A stretch of 59,004 bases of DNA from Rhodobacterales bacterium (GTDB lineage: Bacteria; Pseudomonadota; Alphaproteobacteria; Rhodobacterales; Rhodobacteraceae), in the NCBI GenBank assembly GCA_041737515.1, contig JBGSRQ010000315.1:1-59004 (forward strand), written 5' to 3'. The notes beneath the pieces are model-generated. The model was given only the letters and a program-made list of their open reading frames with translations, had not been told where the DNA came from and did no database searches. Position 1 is the stretch's first letter. Every line of letters starts with the position of its first letter. A program made the translations under genes and the position numbers. Shown here piece by piece: positions 11,521-22,075 of the stretch.

Positions 11521-12538
11521 CGCGGATGGTGTCACCCGGCTGCAAGGTCGGCTCCATTTCGATGATCTGCGCGCCTGTCGCAGCATCACGCAACCCGGCG
11601 ACAATCTGCGCCGCGTGCCGACCAATCGCCAGACGACAAGCATCCATTGATGCCAGTTTACGCGGCAACCCGTCCAGCAGTTCAACCCCGTTAAACCCGG
11701 CCAACCCGATTTTTTCCGGCACATCCATGCCGTGCTCAAGGCAATACAAAAGTCCACCCGCGCCGATCATGTCATTGGAGTAATAGAGAAAGTCCAGATC
11801 CGGCGAGCGTTTCAGAATGCTCGCAGTCATCTCGCGCCCCTTCAGAAGCGCAGACCCGCCGGAATAGAACTCCTGATCTTCCAGAGTCAGACCGACCTTT
11901 GCGAGCCCCTCCTGAAACCCTTCCAGCCGCTTTCGCGCGCGGTGATCCTCGGGCATCTTGGTGCCCAGAAAGCCGATCCGCCGATACCCTGCCGCCGCAA
12001 TCGCCTGCGCCATATGCAGGCCGGCACGACGGTGCGAGATGCCGACGGCGTGATCCACAGGCGTTCCGTCAACGTCCATGATTTCCACAATCGGGATGCC
12101 GGCGTTGGCCAGCATCGCACGCGCGGCTGGTGTATGTTCCAGCCCGGCAATGATCACGCCACTGGGCCGCCACGACAGCATTTCGTACAGCACAGCTTCC
12201 TCACGATCGGTCGAGTAGTTCGTAACCCCAACAACCGGCTGCAGGACGGTATCATCCAGCACATCCGAAATGCCGGTCAGCACTTCGGGGAATACCATGT
12301 TCGACAGGGAAGGAATGATCACAGCCACCAGATTGACGCGCTGGCTTGCCAAAGCTCCTGCAATCTTGTTGGGCACATAGCCAAGGCTGCGCGCGGCAGC
12401 CAGAACGCGCGTGCGCGTGGCATCCGATACATCGCCGCGCGCGCGCAACACACGGCTGACGGTCATTTCACTGACGCCCGACGCCTCTGATACGTCGCGC
12501 AAGGTCAACGAGCGGCGGGGGGGAGGAATTAAGGCCAA
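11510..12538 (-). CDS. LacI family transcriptional regulator
   Basis: HTH LTLRDVSEASGVSEMTVSRVL followed by a periplasmic-binding-protein-like sugar-binding fold. Start placed at TTG 12538, which has GAAGG 10 nt upstream. The maximal ORF (ATG 12640) lacks an RBS and would start 24 nt from the tRNA-Arg gene. Confidence 0.85.
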   Translation of the reverse strand: MALIPPPRRSLTLRDVSEASGVSEMTVSRVLRARGDVSDATRTRVLAAARSLGYVPNKIAGALASQRVNLVAVIIPSLSNMVFPEVLTGISDVLDDTVLQPVVGVTNYSTDREEAVLYEMLSWRPSGVIIAGLEHTPAARAMLANAGIPIVEIMDVDGTPVDHAVGISHRRAGLHMAQAIAAAGYRRIGFLGTKMPEDHRARKRLEGFQEGLAKVGLTLEDQEFYSGGSALLKGREMTASILKRSPDLDFLYYSNDMIGAGGLLYCLEHGMDVPEKIGLAGFNGVELLDGLPRKLASMDACRLAIGRHAAQIVAGLRDAATGAQIIEMEPTLQPGDTIRVRL

Positions 12539-12664
12539 GTTGCGGGAACCTTCGTTTGTCGTCTGCTCAATGTTAGCGCTATGCCCTGGATTTGTCCAAG
12601 ACGCTGAACCGATGCGCGAAAGTGTTGCACGCGTCGTCATTTGGCGGCATGACTGGCGCGTAAT

Positions 12665-12741
12665 GGCCCCGTAGCTCAGCTGGATAGAGCGACGGTTTCC
12701 TAAACCGTAGGCCGCGTGTTCGAATCACGCCGGGGTCACCA
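12665..12741 (+). tRNA. tRNA-Arg (anticodon CCU)
   Basis: GGCCCCGTAGCTCAGCTGGATAGAGCGACGGTTTCCTAAACCGTAGGCCGCGTGTTCGAATCACGCCGGGGTCACCA. Cloverleaf is consistent: anticodon stem ACGGT/ACCGT, loop TT-CCT-AA, encoded CCA. Confidence 0.95.
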
Positions 12742-12743
12742 GT

Positions 12744-14282
12744 TCAGCACACCACTTCAACAAGATGCGGCCCATGTGTGGAAAAGGCTGCCTGCAAAGC
12801 GGCGACCAGGCCATCCGCATCCGTCACCCGTGTGCCTGAAACGCCGTGGCCCTTGGCCAGAGCGACCCAATCCAGCGTGGGACCCTCTACATCGAACATC
12901 CGCTGCGCGTTTCGCCCCACATCGTCGACGCCGACATTCGCAAGCTCCAGCCGCAGGATCTGATAGCCCCGGTTTGCGAAAACAAGCGTCACCACATCCA
13001 GATTTTCGCGGGCCATCGTCCAAAGACATTGCAGCGTGTACATTGCCGAGCCGTCGCCCGTCAGGCACACGACCTTGCGATCAGGGCAAGCTACCGCTGC
13101 ACCCGTCGCCAAGGGCAGGCCGCTACCGATTGCGCCGCCCATCAGGCAAAGCCAGTCATGCGGGCGGGCAGTTTTGGTGGGCGGCGTCAGAAAACGGCTG
13201 GTTGTGATGCCTTCGTCCACCACAATCGCATCTTTTGGCAACAGGGCGGCCAACGCCTGACCGATCTTGTCCAGACTCATCCCCCCAGTCGGCAGGGCGG
13301 GCAGTGCAAGCACTTCGCGGGGTGCGTCAACCTGCACGCCCAGCTCTTTGTGCAGGGCGTGCAGCGTTGCCGCACTGTCCATATCAGGCGCGCAGAGATC
13401 GAAAACATGCGTGCCCTCGGCCTCGGGAAGGCTGGGCTTTCCGGGATAGGCAAAAAAGTTCGCAGGCCGGTGCGCGCCGCACAGAACCAGCGTTTTCACC
13501 TCTGCCATGACGGCCGAGTTTTCCTCGACGATATAGGCAAGGCGTTCGATCTTTACACTTCCAGCCCCGCGCCGAATGCGCGGCACGAAATAGGGGGCCA
13601 GAAGACGGCACCCGGTCGATGCTGCAATCCGGGCGGCGACTGAGATCAGGTCTTCGCCCAAGGCGCGCCCGTCGATCAGCAGGGCTGCTCCGGGTTGGCA
13701 AAGAGCTTGTGCGGCGCGCGCAACATGGGACGCAGCAGGTCGGCGAAGCACAGGCGGCGCAACCACGCGCGCCGGGTCATCCGCTTTGTCCCAAGCGGTG
13801 TTTGCAGGCAGAATAAGCGTCGCGATCTGCCCGCCATTGCTGCGTGCCGCACGGATGGCATCAGCGCCGTCCTGCGCCACCATTGCAGCATCACTGCTGA
13901 CCCGCGTGAAATGCGAGACTGTCTGGCTGATACCCGCCGTATCCCCTTTCAGAGGGCTTTCGTAGTGCTGATGCCATATCGCGTGATCCCCCACGATATT
14001 CACGATCCCGCTGCGGGCCTTTTTGGCGTTGTGCAGATTGGCGTAACCGTTGCCGAAACCGGGGGCCAGATGCAGAAGGGTCGCCGGAACCTGACCCGTC
14101 ATGCGATAGTAGCCGTCGGCAGCGCCCGTCGCCCCTCCCTCGAACAGGCACAGGACGCAACGCATCTCTGGGTGGCGGTCCAATGCCGCCACAAAATGCA
14201 TCTCGGACGTTCCAGGGTTTGCAAAACATACATTCACCCCCCCCGACAGCATGGTTTTCACAAGGGTTTCGGCGCCGTTCAT
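12744..14282 (-). CDS. thiamine-pyrophosphate-dependent enzyme (acetolactate synthase large-subunit family)
   Basis: 512 aa. N-terminal TPP pyrimidine-binding domain (GVNVCFANPGTSEMHF) and C-terminal TPP-binding motif GDGSAMYT...N. Substrate not assignable from sequence. Confidence 0.8.
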   Translation of the reverse strand: MNGAETLVKTMLSGGVNVCFANPGTSEMHFVAALDRHPEMRCVLCLFEGGATGAADGYYRMTGQVPATLLHLAPGFGNGYANLHNAKKARSGIVNIVGDHAIWHQHYESPLKGDTAGISQTVSHFTRVSSDAAMVAQDGADAIRAARSNGGQIATLILPANTAWDKADDPARVVAPPVLRRPAASHVARAAQALCQPGAALLIDGRALGEDLISVAARIAASTGCRLLAPYFVPRIRRGAGSVKIERLAYIVEENSAVMAEVKTLVLCGAHRPANFFAYPGKPSLPEAEGTHVFDLCAPDMDSAATLHALHKELGVQVDAPREVLALPALPTGGMSLDKIGQALAALLPKDAIVVDEGITTSRFLTPPTKTARPHDWLCLMGGAIGSGLPLATGAAVACPDRKVVCLTGDGSAMYTLQCLWTMARENLDVVTLVFANRGYQILRLELANVGVDDVGRNAQRMFDVEGPTLDWVALAKGHGVSGTRVTDADGLVAALQAAFSTHGPHLVEVVC

Positions 14283-14292
14283 GGCAAGTCCC

Positions 14293-16728
<2,436 letters not shown>

Positions 16729-16789
16729 TCAGCCTGTTTTATAGGCTTTTCCTGCATGATTGTCACGGCCTGACCACAAGATTTAGCGG

Positions 16790-17410
16790 TTAACTGAACC
16801 CGATCACCACGCCGACCGCAATCAGCAGAACACCCGAAACAAGGTTGATCCGCGCGATCCGGTCGGGTGAGGCCAAAAGCCTGCGCGCGCGGTCGATCGA
16901 CAGCGCCAGGATCAGGTTACCGATCAGCGGAACAGCAACCGAGACCGCCAGTATGGCCGCGATATCCCAGCCGTTCACGCGGGTCAGATCAAAGAACCCC
17001 GGCAAAACGCCCATGTAGAACAGAACTGCCTTGGGGTTGCCAAACACTGCCGCAACGCCGGTCAGGAACCCCGCCATGCGACCGGGTGTCGTCATCCGGT
17101 TGTTGGCCGAAATGGGTCTGCGTGCGCTGCGGATCAGAAGCCCGCCCATGATGCAGAACGTCACCCCGGCGACATACCGCAAAACGCTCAGAAAATCGCC
17201 GTAGACCGACAAGATCCACGTCAGCCCGAAGATCGCAGCCAGCGGCCAGAGCAAATCGCCCAGCGCCACACCCACCGCCAAAGGCCAGGCCGACGCAAAC
17301 CCGCCCGAAAGCGCGCGCGCGGTCAGCGCCACCCAAACAGGGCCGGGCACGATGAACAACAGGAACATGCCCCCCGCGTAGAACAGAAGGCTTTCAGGGG
17401 AGATCGTCAT
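16790..17410 (-). CDS. LysE/RhtB family amino-acid exporter
   Basis: About 206 aa, six hydrophobic segments, PGP motif near the N-terminus (FIVPGPVW). ATG 17410 overlaps the recF stop (ATGA). Alternative upstream ATG at 17428. Confidence 0.8.
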   Translation of the reverse strand: MTISPESLLFYAGGMFLLFIVPGPVWVALTARALSGGFASAWPLAVGVALGDLLWPLAAIFGLTWILSVYGDFLSVLRYVAGVTFCIMGGLLIRSARRPISANNRMTTPGRMAGFLTGVAAVFGNPKAVLFYMGVLPGFFDLTRVNGWDIAAILAVSVAVPLIGNLILALSIDRARRLLASPDRIARINLVSGVLLIAVGVVIGFS

Positions 17411-18510
17411 GTCAACTCCTGCACGCAAGATGCGCCTGATGTTTCCACCACCAAAAACGTCTGCGCGCGCGGGCCAAGGCTATCAAACAGTGCAGCTTCT
17501 GTGCCAGTCATGATGGCTTGCGCGCCCAATGTGAGCAATTCTTCATAAAGTGCAGCGCGGCGGTCTGTATCCAGGTGGGCAGCCACTTCATCCAGCAGCA
17601 AAACAGGCGCGCGGCCAAGTTCGGCGGCCAGCGCGCGGGCGTTGGCAAGGATCAGGCTGATCAGCAGCGCCTTCTGCTCGCCGGTAGAGCATTGGTCGGC
17701 TGGCACGCCTTTTGCAGCATAGGTCGCGGCCAGATCGGCGCGATGCGGGCCGAGCAAGGTCCGCCCTGCGGAAAGGTCGCGGCGACGGTTTCGGGCAAGA
17801 GCCGACGCCAGATCATCAGGCACGGCATCGTCCCCGTCCGGCGCGGTCAGCGCCAGATCGGCGCGGGGGAAAGACGTATCGACACCCGTTTGCGCCTCGG
17901 CCAGCCGGGCAAGCGCATGGCTGCGGTTGGCGGTGATCGCCTGCGCCGCCTCGGCCATCTGGGCCTCCAGCGCCAGATACCAATGCGCGTCCGTGACCTG
18001 GTCTTTCAAAAGGCGGTTGCGGTCGCGCATCGCTTTTTCATAGGTCAGCACCGAGTCGGCATGGTCTGGCGCAAAGCTGAGCGTCATGCGGTCCAGAAAA
18101 CGTCGCCGCCCCTCGGCCGCCTCGATCCACAGCCGGTCCATCGACGGCACCAGCCAGACCATCCGCAATATCCGGCCCAGCATCACCTGCGTGGCAGCCT
18201 TGCCATCAATGCGCACCTGCCGGGGCTGGCCATGTTCGGCCCAGCTTTCCACATCATGTGCGGCGCCAAGGCCCTGGACTTCGGCAGCAATCTTCCAGCC
18301 CAGCACCTCAGGTCGTCGCGCCAGATCATCCGCCGCCGCCCGTCTGATACCCCGCCCGGGTGACAGAAGTGAGATCGCTTCAAGCACATTCGTCTTGCCC
18401 GCCCCGTTCGGCCCGATGATCGCCACGGGCCGCCCGTCAAACTGCATCCGCGTGACCGGATGGCTGCGAAAGTGCGCAAGGACAAGAGATGTGATTGCCA
18501 AACCCGGCAC
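17407..18510 (-). CDS. recF: DNA replication/repair protein RecF
   Basis: 367 aa. Walker A GPNGAGKTN, signature STGEQKALL, Walker B LLLDEV. Confidence 0.95.
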   Translation of the reverse strand: MPGLAITSLVLAHFRSHPVTRMQFDGRPVAIIGPNGAGKTNVLEAISLLSPGRGIRRAAADDLARRPEVLGWKIAAEVQGLGAAHDVESWAEHGQPRQVRIDGKAATQVMLGRILRMVWLVPSMDRLWIEAAEGRRRFLDRMTLSFAPDHADSVLTYEKAMRDRNRLLKDQVTDAHWYLALEAQMAEAAQAITANRSHALARLAEAQTGVDTSFPRADLALTAPDGDDAVPDDLASALARNRRRDLSAGRTLLGPHRADLAATYAAKGVPADQCSTGEQKALLISLILANARALAAELGRAPVLLLDEVAAHLDTDRRAALYEELLTLGAQAIMTGTEAALFDSLGPRAQTFLVVETSGASCVQELT

Positions 18511-18594
18511 GCGGTTTTTCTTTCCGGCAGCAGACCACCGATCACATTGTTGCCGGTGGAATATCAGAAGGCGGGACGCCCGGCTTGCCGCGGG

Positions 18595-19713
18595 TCAAAC
18601 GCGCATCGGCATCACGACATAGACAGCACTCAGATCATTGCCTTCACGCATCAGGGTCGGGTCGCCGGATGAATTGAACAGGAACACGGCATTTTCGCGG
18701 TCGACCTGACTGGCAATTTCCAACAGGTATTTCGCGTTGAATCCGATCTCCAGATGTTCATCGGCGTAGGCGACGGCCAGTTCTTCCTCGGCGGCACCGC
18801 TATCGGGTGCATTGACAGACAGCACCAGCCGATCCTCATCAAGGCTAAGCTTCACCGCCCGCGAGCGTTCTGAAGATACGGTTGCCACACGGTCCACCGC
18901 TTTGGCGAAATCGGCCGCATCGACTTCCAGCCGCTTGGTGTTTCCGGTTGGAATAACGCGGGTGTAGTCGGGGAAGGTGCCGTCAATCACCTTGGATGTC
19001 ATGGTGATGGCCGGAGTCGCGAACCGCACTTTGGTTTCCGACACCGACACGGCAATCATCGCCTCGTCATCATCCAGAAGCTTGCGCAATTCGCCCACAG
19101 TCTTGCGCGGCACGATGACGCCAGGCATTCCGGCGGCCCCGTCCGGCAGGGGCGCGTCAATGCGGGCAAGTCGGTGGCCGTCGGTCGCCACGCAGCGTAG
19201 AACCGGGCCATCTTCGCCCGTCGACACATGCATGTAGACACCGTTCAGGTAATAGCGCGTCTCTTCGGTCGAAATTGCAAATTTCGCTTTGTCGAACAGG
19301 CGGCGCAGCACCGGGGCCTTGCAGCCAAAGTTCGACGAATATTCCGACGACGCCATGACCGGAAAATCTTCCTTCGGCAGAGTCGCCAGATTAAAGACCG
19401 ACCTGCCTGCGGCAACCGTCAATCGCCCGGCGGCACTGTCTTCGGTCAGGCTGACCAGCGCACCGTCTGGCAATTTACGGACGATCTCGTGCAAAAGAAC
19501 CGCCGACACAGTCGTGGCACCGGCGCGTTCGACGACAGCACTCGTGCGGTCGATCACCTCGATATCCAGATCGGTGGCACGGAAGCTGACACTGGAGCCT
19601 TCCGCCTCGATCAGGACGTTGGCAAGGATGGGAATCGTATTGCGACGCTCAACAACCGATTGCGCTTGACCCACGGCTTTCAGAAGCGCCGCGCGTTCGA
19701 TGCTGATCTTCAT
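18595..19713 (-). CDS. dnaN: DNA polymerase III beta sliding clamp
   Basis: 372 aa. MKISIERAALLKAV...RNTIPILANVLIEA N-terminus and three-domain length. Confidence 0.97.
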   Translation of the reverse strand: MKISIERAALLKAVGQAQSVVERRNTIPILANVLIEAEGSSVSFRATDLDIEVIDRTSAVVERAGATTVSAVLLHEIVRKLPDGALVSLTEDSAAGRLTVAAGRSVFNLATLPKEDFPVMASSEYSSNFGCKAPVLRRLFDKAKFAISTEETRYYLNGVYMHVSTGEDGPVLRCVATDGHRLARIDAPLPDGAAGMPGVIVPRKTVGELRKLLDDDEAMIAVSVSETKVRFATPAITMTSKVIDGTFPDYTRVIPTGNTKRLEVDAADFAKAVDRVATVSSERSRAVKLSLDEDRLVLSVNAPDSGAAEEELAVAYADEHLEIGFNAKYLLEIASQVDRENAVFLFNSSGDPTLMREGNDLSAVYVVMPMRV

Positions 19714-19820
19714 TCGCTCATTCCCTTTTGGCAGCCCGCCCCCGAAGTGCAGCAGGGACGATGAACCTATCCGGTTTTAGCCGTGGCTCAAACAATTTTT
19801 CGGACATTCGGTGCGTTTAT

Positions 19821-19839
19821 GCGGGCCGTCAAGGCCCGC
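19821..19839 (-). terminator. 7-bp GC hairpin 4 nt after the dnaA stop (possible attenuator between dnaA and dnaN)
   Basis: GCGGGCC-gtcaa-GGCCCGC read directly. No U-tract follows on the minus strand, so termination is uncertain. Confidence 0.25.
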
Positions 19840-19842
19840 AGG

Positions 19843-21219
19843 TCACTGTTGCAGCAGACGGCGCAGAAGTTGCAGGTCATCGGTCATCTGACTGTCGGTC
19901 GCCATCAGCTCTTCAATCCTGCGCACGCCGTGCATGATGGTGGTGTGGTCCCGCCCACCAAAGCGGCGTCCAATTTCGGGCAGGCTGCGCTGGGTCAGTT
20001 GCTTGGCCAGATACATCGCAATCTGACGCGGCCGCGCGATGGTGCGTTGCCGCTTGGGGCCGATCATGTCGCTAAGCCGCACATTGTAATGCTCGGCCAC
20101 CTTGCGTTGAATTTCCTCGATCGTGACCTTGCGATCATTGGCGCGCAGAATGTCGGCCAGACAATCCTGCACCAGATCGAGCGTGATCTCGCGGCCGACA
20201 AGGCTGGCAAAGGCGAACAGGCGGGTCAAGGCTCCCTCCAGAACGCGGACGTTCGTCGTGATGCGATGCGCCAGAAACTCCAGGATTCCGTCCGAAAGCT
20301 GCAGGCCCTTGTATTGCAGGCGGTAATATTCCGCCTTTTGCTGCAGGATACCAAGCCGGAGTTCATAATCAGTCGGATGCAGATCTACGACCAGCCCGCA
20401 TTGCAGGCGCGATTTGATGCGATCTTCCAGATCCTTGATCTCGCCGGGGGCGCGGTCCGCCGAAATGACGATCTGTTTGTTCTGATCGACCAGCGCGTTG
20501 AAGGTATGAAAAAATTCATCCTGCGTGGAATCCTTGCCGGCGATGAACTGCACGTCGTCCACCATCAGCACGTCGACCGACCGGAACAGGCTTTTGAAAT
20601 CCATGATCTGACGGTCACGCAGGGCTTGCACGAACCGGTACATGAACTGCTCTGCCGACAGGTAAAGCACCCGCAATTCGGGGCGACGGGCGCGCAATTC
20701 ATGGGCAATGGCGTGCATCAGGTGGGTTTTGCCCAAGCCGACACCGCCATAAAGAAACAGAGGGTTGAAGCTGACCGGCCCGCCCTCGGCAACCCGCCGC
20801 GCGGCGGCATGGGCAAGCTCGTTCGGGGTGCCTACAACAAACGTATCAAACGTGAACCGCGCATCCAGAGGCGCACCGGGCATGTCGTCATCATTTGCGG
20901 GGGCCGGTTTGTCACTGGCGCGTGGCATCTTGGGCATGGGTTCGGCGCGCGCACTGACACTGACGTTGAACTCGGCGCGCTCTACTTCGGCGCCAGCCAG
21001 ATTAAGCTGGTGGCAGATATGGTCAGAGAAATTTCGCGACACCCAGTCGCCGAAGAAAACGGTTGGAACGTCAAATTGCACAACGCCATCACGCAAGCCC
21101 GACATCCGGAGAGGCTCGATCCATGTTGTGAAATTGTTTTTGCCTACCCGTTGCCTAAGCTCCTCACGCACTTTCCCCCAAGTTTCGTCCGTCATTCGAT
21201 CCGACCTGTCCGTCGCCAT
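19843..21219 (-). CDS. dnaA: chromosomal replication initiator DnaA
   Basis: Walker A GGVGLGKTHL, AAA+ sensor regions, C-terminal DnaA-box binding domain (IGRRFGGRDHTTIMHG). Start could alternatively be ATG 21195 (MTDETWGKV). Confidence 0.97.
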   Translation of the reverse strand: MATDRSDRMTDETWGKVREELRQRVGKNNFTTWIEPLRMSGLRDGVVQFDVPTVFFGDWVSRNFSDHICHQLNLAGAEVERAEFNVSVSARAEPMPKMPRASDKPAPANDDDMPGAPLDARFTFDTFVVGTPNELAHAAARRVAEGGPVSFNPLFLYGGVGLGKTHLMHAIAHELRARRPELRVLYLSAEQFMYRFVQALRDRQIMDFKSLFRSVDVLMVDDVQFIAGKDSTQDEFFHTFNALVDQNKQIVISADRAPGEIKDLEDRIKSRLQCGLVVDLHPTDYELRLGILQQKAEYYRLQYKGLQLSDGILEFLAHRITTNVRVLEGALTRLFAFASLVGREITLDLVQDCLADILRANDRKVTIEEIQRKVAEHYNVRLSDMIGPKRQRTIARPRQIAMYLAKQLTQRSLPEIGRRFGGRDHTTIMHGVRRIEELMATDSQMTDDLQLLRRLLQQ

Positions 21220-21279
21220 TCTTTTTGGCCCCTGTTGGGGCGCCTAACCTGCGCCCTTAAAACCCACACATACGATTCT

Positions 21280-21327
21280 GCCCGTGAACATCACGGGCAA
21301 CACAACAACTTCCGGGAAAACCCGGAA
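21280..21327. other. two adjacent perfect hairpins
   Basis: GCCCGTGA-aca-TCACGGGC (21280-21298, 8 bp) and TTCCGGG-aaaa-CCCGGAA (21310-21327, 7 bp). Confidence 0.6.
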
Positions 21328-21330
21328 CTG

Positions 21331-21354
21331 GGGAAACAGAACGTGGGAAACAGA
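21331..21354. repeat. 10-bp direct repeat GGGAAACAGA-acgt-GGGAAACAGA
   Basis: Exact copies at 21331-21340 and 21345-21354. A related GGGAAAAC lies at 21314-21321. Confidence 0.7.
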
Positions 21355-21368
21355 CGGCCAAAGCCGAT

Positions 21369-21377
21369 CTTTCCACA
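21369..21377. promoter_or_regulatory. DnaA-box-like 9-mer CTTTCCACA
   Basis: 7 of 9 match to the TTATCCACA consensus, including the invariant TCCACA core. Single copy only. Confidence 0.3.
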
Positions 21378-21391
21378 ATGATGATACGGTT

Positions 21392-21405
21392 GCCGCAATT
21401 GCGGC
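21392..21405. repeat. perfect 14-bp palindrome GCCGCAATTGCGGC
   Basis: Self-complementary as read. Candidate dimeric regulator site or hairpin. Confidence 0.6.
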
Positions 21406-21445
21406 TCAGACACCCCAACACCTTGATCGCAAACAAGAAACATTA

Positions 21446-21466
21446 GCCGTTGTGGCAGACAACGGC
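21446..21466. other. 8-bp hairpin GCCGTTGT-ggcag-ACAACGGC
   Basis: Read directly. Followed by tandem CCTGAT and GATCACG repeats at 21473-21496. Confidence 0.55.
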
Positions 21467-21650
21467 AGATAACCTGATTTCCTGATCACGATCACGCCTT
21501 GTCCCCCAGGACAAATGAATCGCTTGGCCAAACTAGCAATCCATCACGCGCGCTTGCAACTGATCTTCTCTGTTGACACGCGTCTTGCCCAGCGAATCCC
21601 GCGGCTCTGGCAAATCGGCAACGCAACGCCGAAAATGACCCTGAACATAC

Positions 21651-21677
21651 GAAAAAACGCGCCAACACGGCGCGTTC
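21651..21677 (-). terminator. rho-independent terminator of rpsT
   Basis: On the minus strand: AACGCGCC-gtgtt-GGCGCGTT followed by TTTTC, 26 nt downstream of the rpsT stop. Confidence 0.8.
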
Positions 21678-21702
21678 TTCAACTTCGAATAAATCTGAAA
21701 AA

Positions 21703-21978
21703 TCAGGCGGTTGCTGTTTCAAGGCCTTTGACGCGCGACGTCAGGCGCGACATCTTGCGTGCAACCGTGTTCTTGTGAAGCACACCCTTGGACACGCCAC
21801 GATCAAGCTCGGGCTGTGCGGCGTGCAGGGCAGCAGTTGCCGCATCCTGATTGCCAGCGGCAAGCGCTTCTTCGACTTTGCGCAGGAACGTGCGGATACG
21901 CGAGCGGCGCGCCTTGTTCACGGCATACCGCGCCTCGGACTGGCGGGCGCGTTTCTTGGACTGGGCGGTATTGGCCAT
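21703..21978 (-). CDS. rpsT: 30S ribosomal protein S20
   Basis: 91 aa. [36 protein letters not shown]. Confidence 0.97.
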   Translation of the reverse strand: MANTAQSKKRARQSEARYAVNKARRSRIRTFLRKVEEALAAGNQDAATAALHAAQPELDRGVSKGVLHKNTVARKMSRLTSRVKGLETATA

Positions 21979-22050
21979 AGATCGGGTTCCGGTTCTTCGG
22001 TTCGTGTCAAACTTGAAGCCGCGTCTTTACGGGCGACTCGGGGGCAAGTC

Positions 22051-22072
22051 AACCGGGGAACACCCGGTTTTT
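22051..22072 (+). other. terminator-like hairpin with T-run on the plus strand
   Basis: AACCGGG-gaaca-CCCGGTT followed by TTTC. Lies between two minus-strand genes, so orientation does not fit either. Confidence 0.3.
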
Positions 22073-22075
22073 CAC

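Larger units (their letters stand above)
21220..21650 (-). promoter_or_regulatory. dnaA upstream non-coding region (promoter plus probable long structured leader; possible origin-associated elements)
   Basis: Largest ORF-free stretch of the window and visibly less GC-rich. Contains several perfect hairpins, a 14-bp palindrome, a 10-bp direct repeat and one DnaA-box-like 9-mer. Confidence 0.55.

Noticed and set aside
12051-12059. Perfect TGATCCACA (DnaA G-box-like) sequence
   Set aside because: It lies inside the LacI-family coding sequence, as a single copy, far from any AT-rich unwinding element. Most likely chance.
19783-21381. 532-aa plus-strand ORF covering the dnaA locus
   Set aside because: It is antisense to a textbook DnaA with Walker A and a box-binding domain. 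The product is Arg/Gly/His/Gln-rich with no motifs. Long antisense ORFs are expected in high-GC DNA because stop codons are rare.
21284-21472. 62-aa ORF (GTG start) inside the dnaA upstream region, with an unusual Asn/Thr-rich product
   Set aside because: Third-position GC counted by hand is only about 51 percent (31 of 61 codons), far below the real genes here. There is no RBS, and the frame runs through the hairpins and palindrome. More likely non-coding regulatory DNA.
21274-21597. Three GANTC (CcrM methylation) sites in the dnaA upstream region (21274, 21517, 21593)
   Set aside because: Three sites in about 430 bp is close to random expectation for a 5-mer with one degenerate position. 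Not evidence of regulation without comparative data.
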